A program made the translations under genes and the position numbers. A DNA stretch of 64,000 nucleotides from NCBI GenBank assembly GCA_019695335.1, contig JAIBAF010000011.1:13277-77276 (forward strand). The letters are read 5' to 3'. The notes beneath the pieces are model-generated. The model was not told the DNA's origin and did no database searches. It saw nothing but the letters and a program-made list of their open reading frames with translations. The stretch comes from a bacterium (GTDB taxonomy: Bacteria; CLD3; SB21). The first letter of the stretch is position 1. Each line of letters opens with the position of its first letter. This document shows, piece after piece, positions 18,270-26,538 of the stretch.

Positions 18270-18409
18270 GGATTTTCGTAAATTTAAATGAAAAGGTTTT
18301 GCATAATATAAAAACTATGTTAAAAAAGCAATTGTAGCGCGTAATTACAATAAAGATTCTAAGTTCGTAATATCCGGTTTGCATATCACCTTCCGTTAAC
18401 AAATAAGAA

Positions 18410-18452
18410 AACAAAAAAAGCCGTTTACGGGAATGTCCGTAAACGGCTTTGA
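18410..18452 (-). terminator. Rho-independent terminator after lipoprotein gene copy 1
   Basis: GCCGTTTACGG gaatgt CCGTAAACGGC with a T-run on the minus strand. Confidence 0.55.
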
Positions 18453-18472
18453 TAAATTAAAAATCGTTAAAA

Positions 18473-19078
18473 TCAGGATCGCCTCTTCCCAAATTGTGTT
18501 TTCAGACTCTCGATCTTCTGGGACAACGATGCCAACCCGGCCGGTGTCGCCACATTCGCATTAAATCCTGAATCCAGAATCTTTACTTCCGCCAAACTCT
18601 GTGTAAACTCTCCCAGCACAAAATGATTCGACGCTTTCAAAACCCGTAAGTCAGAAACATCCAATCCAAGACCATACGTAAACTCCCAATCCGAATCCAA
18701 CGCCAAAGCCACGCCGATCTCCGTGTTCGCCGCCGCATAACTCTTCCCCGCACTCAGCACAAACGCCCATCCGGCAAACAAATCAGCCGGTGCATTCGTT
18801 TTATCCGCCCCGTCACTGAACGCATTCGACGCGGCCGTGATATTGCTCAACTGAATGTAGCACCACCCTATTGCACTGTAGATTTCAGCCTTGTCAGGAT
18901 CCGCATCCCGAGCGTCTTCAAACGCTGCCAAGGCTTCCGTGTAATCTCCCGACGCGAACAACGTCTCGCCCTCGGTTATCAGTTTATCGTAATCCCCTTT
19001 ACCGGAACCGCCACCACACGAAAGCATTCCCAATGCTACCGTCATAGCCATTAATGTAAATATCTTCCTCGATCTCAT
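18473..19078 (-). CDS. Small TPR-like lipoprotein, copy 1
   Basis: Lipobox MLSCGGGSG and a helical TPR-like body. Essentially identical to 22497..23108. Confidence 0.6.
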   Translation of the reverse strand: MRSRKIFTLMAMTVALGMLSCGGGSGKGDYDKLITEGETLFASGDYTEALAAFEDARDADPDKAEIYSAIGWCYIQLSNITAASNAFSDGADKTNAPADLFAGWAFVLSAGKSYAAANTEIGVALALDSDWEFTYGLGLDVSDLRVLKASNHFVLGEFTQSLAEVKILDSGFNANVATPAGLASLSQKIESLKTQFGKRRS

Positions 19079-19995
19079 AATTCTACTCCTTATTTGATCA
19101 ACATCATTTTTTTCGTTTTGACAAACGCGCCGGCTTCGACGCGGTATAAATACACCCCGCTCGCCACCTGCTGGCCCAGTTCATTCTTCCCATCCCAGCT
19201 GATGCGGTAACTGCCGGCCAATTGAAATCCGCTATACAGCGTCTTCACGCGCTGACCCAATAAATTATATACCACTAACTTCAGAGTACCGTCCTGTGGA
19301 AGATCAAACGCGATCGTTGTGCTCGGGTTAAATGGATTCGGATAGTTTTGTTTCAATGTAAATTCTTTCGGCACAACATTATTACCGGTAAATGTAGCAT
19401 CGAGCCCGACCTTAAACTCTCCCAAAGTTTTGACTAAGGCCCGCACTTGATGCTTCTCCGCATACACTTGTGTACGCAAAGGCGTCCACGTATCACCGGT
19501 CTTCTGATAAATAAACACCTTCCCTTCATCTGCGAAATTACCTTGGGCATAGGTCATCGTGAGCACCAGTTCCTCGGCGTAGTCGCTCTCCGGACCGAAT
19601 TTCACAACCGTTTCACTTTCATCCGAGGCTGTCATATAGGTCTCGGTTTTAACCGAATGTTTGCTCATCTGCAAGGTCCCTTGACCGTTGGGGGTGGTGA
19701 CCGAGGCGATCTGTCCCGGCTTGGCCAGCGTGACGCCATAGGTTCTTGTCTGGATCGAATCTCTTCCACCGCTCGTAGTTGCCTTGATCCGGAAATTATA
19801 AGTTCCGCTGACTGAGAACACCGACGCACCACGGTATACTTTATTGGTACCGTTCACCTGAGCCATCGCGATCGATGTAGTATCGGTTAAACCGGTCACC
19901 CACATCTTGACCGTCGGCACGCCGCTGAACGCTGTGTCGGTCACGACCACCATGTCAAAATATTTCGACAACGCCGGATTCTGTAAAATCGACGT
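18485..19995. repeat. Direct repeat copy 1 (~1.5 kb, at least 99% identical to 22515..24025). It spans the lipoprotein gene plus the 3' ~900 nt of the BNR cargo gene.
   Basis: Pairwise comparison at a constant 4030-bp offset: identical for ~1350 bp, then five SNPs (19843, 19888, 19939-19941, 19974-19976) before the copies diverge. Confidence 0.85.
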
Positions 19996-22164
19996 ACCCA
20001 ACGGTGCGGGCGATGAATTTCCGAAATACTTCAACGACCTAGCTAATATTTTACCCATATTCGAATTTTCGAATAAGCGATAAATCTGAGCGCTTATAAA
20101 TACTCCTCGCGCGCCATGCCCTGTGTTATCAACATTTACTCCTCCGACATTAACGCTATCGGGATCATAATTAGGTCCGTAATAAAATGCTTTGTGTACG
20201 TTGCTGTTCAACAAGGTCAACTTATCACGTGTTGAGCCTCCTAACGCAATTGATGTCGTAATTCCATCACCTATTTTATTGGCGGTAAATCCTTTGAAAC
20301 TACTCGACGATGTATAGTTCCCGTTAAATCCGACTCCAAGTTTGTTTTGAAAAAGCGGATGCGATGAATGCAATTCTACTAAATCCGGTCCTGCAGCAAA
20401 TAAATGAACTCCACGGTCACATAGTAAGCTTAATGTATCGAGGAACGCCGTTGTTGTTGTTATTGCTGATGATGCAGACCATATAATAACTCGTCTTTTT
20501 GTTTTTTCAATGGCCTCGACAGGCAAACTTCGTCCCATAGTCACTAAATCCCAAAGATATGTGGTATAACCAGAATCTAATAAATGGCTTTGCATAAAAG
20601 TACCATAGAAAGCGATATCAACCATTACAAAAACGTCCGCCCGATCAATATTAAATTCATAATTAGAATTCAAAGATGGTTGTGCAATGGACTGCCTTAC
20701 ATAAGGCGCTTCGGAAATCACTACAATTGAATCATAAAAATTGAGTGATGAAAGATTTGTAAAAGTATTCCCGGATAGCGTATCCGCTGGAAATAGAGTA
20801 CCATTGCCATATCGACCGTACAATAAAACTGTAGAATTGACGTCATCCTGATAGACGTTGACCACGCTTACGCCAATGGAACCCATCGTTCCATTTAGTG
20901 ATAATTGGAAATTAACGTCAGTTGTACCACCTGCATTGACGTTGACATTTCCGATAACCTGATTAACACCAGCAGATTGAGCTTTAAGAGAATAAGTGCC
21001 GGGTGATAAATACATGGTGTACTTTCCGTCAGTATTATTGACGATACAACTGTCCGAACCTCCGACGACTACTACCGACGCATGCCCAACCGGCAAACCT
21101 CCGGAAGTCGTTGTAATCGTACCGGATATTTTGCCATAGCCGGAAGGATTGGTATTGAGTTTATATAAATTGGTGCCAAGCGCATCCTGATTGAGTGCAT
21201 AGACATCATGACTCGTAGCTGCTTTAATCATCCAGATGGCAGGATACGTAAATAGGTTTCCAAGTTGCTGCCAACTCTTTCCTTTATCAGCGCTTCTGTA
21301 AATACCTACTTCGAGGGACGTTCGGGAACCAAATACACCGATAAATAAATCCCCATTGACCGGATCCTGATCCAAACCCCACATGAAAATTCCATACAAT
21401 CCCATATCATTCCATGTCACGCCGCCGTCAGTACTTCGAAAGAATGAATAAGCAGCATCCAGTTGAATAGCCGCGTACACCATATTTGGCGTCGACTTAT
21501 CCCAAACGATTTTCGGGCATTCAGAGAAATAAGGATTCCCTCCTTTGACCAATGTCCAAGTCAAACCGTAATCTGTCGACCTGGCAATCTTAGTATCACC
21601 GGCACCTATGACGATTACGTTGGGATGAAAAGGATCAGCTGCAATGGTACAAACGTTACCATAAGGAACAACCGAACGCACGTGCCACGTACGGCCCGTA
21701 TCCGCGCTCAGCCAAAATTCACTCGTGTAAAAATCGACAAAATACATCGTGTCGGGATGAACAATATTATAGTCAAATGATTCACCGTCAGTCGAGCCTT
21801 CTTCTTTAACTTGTTCCCAATCAAATCCTCCATTTGTACTACGAAGAATACCATTATTTCCTACCATAACGATAATGGAAGTATCCAACGGACTCACGCG
21901 AATAGTACGAATGCCCGGACCTTGCGAAATGGATCCCCGTGTACTCCAGGTCGAACCCGCATCATAACTCACTTTGAATATTTTCTCCACGTTGTCGTGA
22001 ATGTACACGACATTATTATTAAGTGGACTCAACACAAATGCATAACCGTCGTGAACAGTCGGATACGTTTTCGTCCACGTCAGGTTTGTCTGTGAGTGTG
22101 CTGAAGTAGCAATGACTAGCATTTCTACAAAAAAAGTCCAAAACACCGTACGTAAAAAATTCAT
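19090..22164 (-). CDS. T9SS-sorted surface protein, paralog A: N-terminal BNR/Asp-box beta-propeller, CarboxypepD_reg-like domain, central domain of unknown function, and Por secretion tail
   Basis: Signal peptide. Six S-x-D-x-G-x-T/S-W Asp-box motifs (SYDAGSTWS, STNGGFDWE, SADTGRTWH, STDYGLTWT, STDGGVTWN, SADKGKSWQ). C-terminal KQNYPNPFNPSTTIAFDLP...VYLYRVEAG...KKMMLIK matches the T9SS CTD. Confidence 0.7.
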   Translation of the reverse strand: MNFLRTVFWTFFVEMLVIATSAHSQTNLTWTKTYPTVHDGYAFVLSPLNNNVVYIHDNVEKIFKVSYDAGSTWSTRGSISQGPGIRTIRVSPLDTSIIVMVGNNGILRSTNGGFDWEQVKEEGSTDGESFDYNIVHPDTMYFVDFYTSEFWLSADTGRTWHVRSVVPYGNVCTIAADPFHPNVIVIGAGDTKIARSTDYGLTWTLVKGGNPYFSECPKIVWDKSTPNMVYAAIQLDAAYSFFRSTDGGVTWNDMGLYGIFMWGLDQDPVNGDLFIGVFGSRTSLEVGIYRSADKGKSWQQLGNLFTYPAIWMIKAATSHDVYALNQDALGTNLYKLNTNPSGYGKISGTITTTSGGLPVGHASVVVVGGSDSCIVNNTDGKYTMYLSPGTYSLKAQSAGVNQVIGNVNVNAGGTTDVNFQLSLNGTMGSIGVSVVNVYQDDVNSTVLLYGRYGNGTLFPADTLSGNTFTNLSSLNFYDSIVVISEAPYVRQSIAQPSLNSNYEFNIDRADVFVMVDIAFYGTFMQSHLLDSGYTTYLWDLVTMGRSLPVEAIEKTKRRVIIWSASSAITTTTAFLDTLSLLCDRGVHLFAAGPDLVELHSSHPLFQNKLGVGFNGNYTSSSSFKGFTANKIGDGITTSIALGGSTRDKLTLLNSNVHKAFYYGPNYDPDSVNVGGVNVDNTGHGARGVFISAQIYRLFENSNMGKILARSLKYFGNSSPAPLGTSILQNPALSKYFDMVVVTDTAFSGVPTVKMWVTGLTDTTSIAMAQVNGTNKVYRGASVFSVSGTYNFRIKATTSGGRDSIQTRTYGVTLAKPGQIASVTTPNGQGTLQMSKHSVKTETYMTASDESETVVKFGPESDYAEELVLTMTYAQGNFADEGKVFIYQKTGDTWTPLRTQVYAEKHQVRALVKTLGEFKVGLDATFTGNNVVPKEFTLKQNYPNPFNPSTTIAFDLPQDGTLKLVVYNLLGQRVKTLYSGFQLAGSYRISWDGKNELGQQVASGVYLYRVEAGAFVKTKKMMLIK

Positions 22165-22439
22165 AACGTCCTCTTTTTATTTAATACTTTCCACTTTTTC
22201 CGGTCGTAACAGACATCAAATATTTCGCATTTACAACATTTTTAAAAACCTGACTGAATATATGTTCTATATAAGCTCCATCTTAGGATACGACAACTAC
22301 CTGATTGGATAGTATTGATATGAAAAGAAAGGAATCTTTTATCAAAACTACCCTTTCGGCTATTTCTGGATGAATTACAAAAAGATGTTTCGTAATGTAA
22401 AAACTTTAAAAAGCGATCCCGGTCATGGCTAATGGGAAA

Positions 22440-22476
22440 TAAAAAAACCCTTTGAAAATCCAATCTCAAAGGGTTC
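22440..22476 (-). terminator. Rho-independent terminator after lipoprotein gene copy 2
   Basis: CCCTTTGA...TCAAAGGG hairpin with a T-run on the minus strand. Confidence 0.5.
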
Positions 22477-22496
22477 GTAAAGTATTCTCTTGATTC

Positions 22497-23108
22497 TTAA
22501 TTCGGTAACTTGAGCTTCCCAAATTGTGTTTTCAGACTCTCGATCTTCTGGGACAACGATGCCAACCCGGCCGGTGTCGCCACATTCGCATTAAATCCTG
22601 AATCCAGAATCTTTACTTCCGCCAAACTCTGTGTAAACTCTCCCAGCACAAAATGATTCGACGCTTTCAAAACCCGTAAGTCAGAAACATCCAATCCAAG
22701 ACCATACGTAAACTCCCAATCCGAATCCAACGCCAAAGCCACGCCGATCTCCGTGTTCGCCGCCGCATAACTCTTCCCCGCACTCAGCACAAACGCCCAT
22801 CCGGCAAACAAATCAGCCGGTGCATTCGTTTTATCCGCCCCGTCACTGAACGCATTCGACGCGGCCGTGATATTGCTCAACTGAATGTAGCACCACCCTA
22901 TTGCACTGTAGATTTCAGCCTTGTCAGGATCCGCATCCCGAGCGTCTTCAAACGCTGCCAAGGCTTCCGTGTAATCTCCCGACGCGAACAACGTCTCGCC
23001 CTCGGTTATCAGTTTATCGTAATCCCCTTTACCGGAACCGCCACCACACGAAAGCATTCCCAATGCTACCGTCATAGCCATTAATGTAAATATCTTCCTC
23101 GATCTCAT
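22497..23108 (-). CDS. Small TPR-like lipoprotein, copy 2
   Basis: Identical to copy 1 except for the last few C-terminal residues. Confidence 0.6.
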   Translation of the reverse strand: MRSRKIFTLMAMTVALGMLSCGGGSGKGDYDKLITEGETLFASGDYTEALAAFEDARDADPDKAEIYSAIGWCYIQLSNITAASNAFSDGADKTNAPADLFAGWAFVLSAGKSYAAANTEIGVALALDSDWEFTYGLGLDVSDLRVLKASNHFVLGEFTQSLAEVKILDSGFNANVATPAGLASLSQKIESLKTQFGKLKLPN

Positions 23109-24025
23109 AATTCTACTCCTTATTTGATCAACATCATTTTTTTCGTTTTGACAAACGCGCCGGCTTCGACGCGGTATAAATACACCCCGCTCGCCACCTG
23201 CTGGCCCAGTTCATTCTTCCCATCCCAGCTGATGCGGTAACTGCCGGCCAATTGAAATCCGCTATACAGCGTCTTCACGCGCTGACCCAATAAATTATAT
23301 ACCACTAACTTCAGAGTACCGTCCTGTGGAAGATCAAACGCGATCGTTGTGCTCGGGTTAAATGGATTCGGATAGTTTTGTTTCAATGTAAATTCTTTCG
23401 GCACAACATTATTACCGGTAAATGTAGCATCGAGCCCGACCTTAAACTCTCCCAAAGTTTTGACTAAGGCCCGCACTTGATGCTTCTCCGCATACACTTG
23501 TGTACGCAAAGGCGTCCACGTATCACCGGTCTTCTGATAAATAAACACCTTCCCTTCATCTGCGAAATTACCTTGGGCATAGGTCATCGTGAGCACCAGT
23601 TCCTCGGCGTAGTCGCTCTCCGGACCGAATTTCACAACCGTTTCACTTTCATCCGAGGCTGTCATATAGGTCTCGGTTTTAACCGAATGTTTGCTCATCT
23701 GCAAGGTCCCTTGACCGTTGGGGGTGGTGACCGAGGCGATCTGTCCCGGCTTGGCCAGCGTGACGCCATAGGTTCTTGTCTGGATCGAATCTCTTCCACC
23801 GCTCGTAGTTGCCTTGATCCGGAAATTATAAGTTCCGCTGACTGAGAACACCGACGCACCACGATATACTTTATTGGTACCGTTCACCTGAGCCATCGCG
23901 ATCGATGTAGTATCGGTCAAACCGGTCACCCACATCTTGACCGTCGGCACGCCGCTGAGCACTGTGTCGGTCACGACCACCATGTCAAAATATTTCGACA
24001 ACGCCGGATTCTGCAGAATCGACGT
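22515..24025. repeat. Direct repeat copy 2 (partner of 18485..19995)
   Basis: Same alignment as copy 1, at a 4030-bp offset. Confidence 0.85.
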
Positions 24026-26526
24026 CGCAATATGCGGTGCGTATTGTTCGCCCAACGGAAGCGCAAATGTAGTACTGTTGGCTTCATTCGAATTGGCCGA
24101 TGTGCCGCTGGCATTCACAGCTTTGACTACATAATAATATGTCGTACTGGCTGTTAAATTCGAATCGGTTAATGTTGTTTCATTCGCTTCAACCGTATCG
24201 ATATTGGCGTAACCGCTGCCGCTCGTCAATGAACGGGAAATAATAAATCCCGTTTCATTATCAGCATTATCCGTCCAGCTCAGTTGGATCTTTGACGCCG
24301 AAATGGTTGTCGTCATTAGATTGGATGGCGCGATAGGCGCATTAAGTGAAAGTGTCCTTTTAAAGATTTTGCCTATAACAGATGACGCAACACCGGACAA
24401 ATCAAAACCCAACAACAAAGCCCAGCCGTTGCTGCCCGTATTGTCGACAAACGCTCCACCAATATTAACGGAGTCTCCAGCAACCGAACCATAATAAAAT
24501 GCTTTATGACCTGAAGCAGAAAGAAGGTTGATTTTGTCACGCGAAGTGGAACTGCTTGCCGAAAAATTAATCCCGTTCCCAATGGGGCTGCTTGTAAAAC
24601 CGTTGATGGCTGTACTATTGGTGTAATTTCCTGTAAATCCCAATTTCAATGTATTCTTAAAAAATGAATGTGCCGAATCCAATTCTACCAGATTTTGTCC
24701 GGCAACAATAATATCTATCCCCTCATTACAGAACATCGCCAAACTATCCAGGAACTCCTGAGGCATGGATGAAAGGTGCCTACGAGTCAACCACATTACT
24801 GTTTTGAGATTGGTTTTATTAATTGCGCTCAATGAAATAGAACGCCCGCGCTCATCAACGTTCCAATTAAATGACGAAAAACCCGAATCCGATAAAGGGG
24901 TTTGGTATGTTGGTGCGTACGTAGCTCCGCCAACACCAAAATTAGGATCAGGATCATTGATAATAAGAACGTCAGCGCGTTTAACATTTATCGTATAATC
25001 ATTATTAAGCGCAAGCGGTGATACAGAGGTCGTTATATAGGGAACCGTACTTGGAACAACAACAATAGAATCATAAAAATTTAGCGAAGAAAGATTGGTA
25101 AAGGCATTGCCCGAAAGCGTATCGACCGGAAATGGAGCGCCGTTACCATATCGGCCATACAATAACGCGATGTAATCCAGATCATCCTGGTAAATGTTAC
25201 TTACACTCACTCCAATAGACCCCAAAGTTCCGCTTAATGGTAATTGAAAATCGACTACCGTATTTCCTGTAGCAACAATATTCACACTTCCAATGATTTG
25301 ATTAACACCTGCCGATTGGGCTTTGAGGGAATACGTGCCGGGTGATAGATACATCGTGTATGTGCCATCAACATTATTGACGATACAGCTATCCGAACCT
25401 CCGACTACAACGATGGAAGCGTGCTCTACCGGTAATCCACCCGTAACCGTAGTGATGGTACCTGAAACTTTACCGTAACCGGAAGGATCCGTATTAAGTT
25501 TATAAAGATGAACATTACCAAATGCGTTAGGATCATCTGCATTCAAAGCATAAACGTCATGATTCGAAGCAGTTTTGATCATCCAAACATTTGGATAGCA
25601 AAAGTATTTCCAAGCTGCTGCCAGCTTTTACCTTTATCGGCGCTTCTAAAGATACCAAGATTGAATTCATGCTGTGCGCTTCCTGTTGAACCAAAAACGC
25701 CAATGAACAGATCCCCATTATCCGGATCCTGATCCAGCCCCCACATAAATATTCCATATAATCCCATATCGTTCCATGTCACACCGCCATCCGTACTTCG
25801 ATAAAACGAGAAATTGACATCTTGTTGAATAGCCGCGTATACCATATTCGGTGTGGACTTATCCCAGACAATTTTCGGACACTCCGAAAAATATTCATTA
25901 CCGGTTTTAACTAATGTCCAGGTTTCGCCATAATCGGTTGAACGGGCAATACGCGTGTCCCCTGATCCGACAACAATGACATTCGGATGAAACGGATCGG
26001 CCGCAATCGTACAGACGTTGCCATACGGTACGACCGAACGTACTTGCCACGTACGTCCTGTATCCGCACTGAGCCAAAATTCGCTTGTGTAAAAATCAAC
26101 AAAATACATCGTATCCGGATGAGCAAAATTATAATCAATCGATTCACCGTCAATCGAACCCTCCGGCTGAACATTATCCCAGTTATACCCGCCATTCGTG
26201 CTGCGAAGAATACCCGAATTACCAACCATCACGATGATGGACGTATCCAACGGACTCACGCGTATTGTACGAATACCCGGACCCGGTGTAATGGAACCGC
26301 GCTTACCCCACGTCACGCCGCCGTTATAACTTACTTTAAATGCTCCCTCTACGTTATCATGAATATAAACGACATTATTATTAACGGGGCTTATGACAAA
26401 GGCATAACCGTTATGGACAGTCGGATATGCTTGCGTCCACGTGAGGTTTGTCTGAGCTCGGGCTGATGCAACAAGCACCAGCGCGGCTACAATAAAGCAC
26501 CCAAACGTTGTTCGTAAAAAATTCAT
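23120..26526 (-). pseudogene. T9SS-sorted BNR-propeller surface protein, paralog B. Domain order is BNR propeller, CPD-reg-like, central domain, an extra FN3 domain, then the shared C-terminal module plus CTD. Split by a -1 frameshift into ORFs 25579..26526 and 23120..25582.
   Basis: The N-terminal 315-aa ORF ends ...SWQQLGNTFAIQMFG*. The -1 frame continues ...YPNVWMIKTASNHDVY, matching paralog A (...LGNLFTYPAIWMIKAATSHDVY). A one-nucleotide deletion relative to copy A is inferred near 25596-25600. Confidence 0.55.
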
Positions 26527-26538
26527 AACGTTCCTCCT

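Noticed and set aside
18473-26526. Repeated 4-kb units that might be a CRISPR array or a mobile element
   Set aside because: The repeats are long protein-coding paralogs (lipoprotein plus BNR cargo). They have no short spacer-repeat periodicity and no transposase, integrase or terminal inverted repeats.
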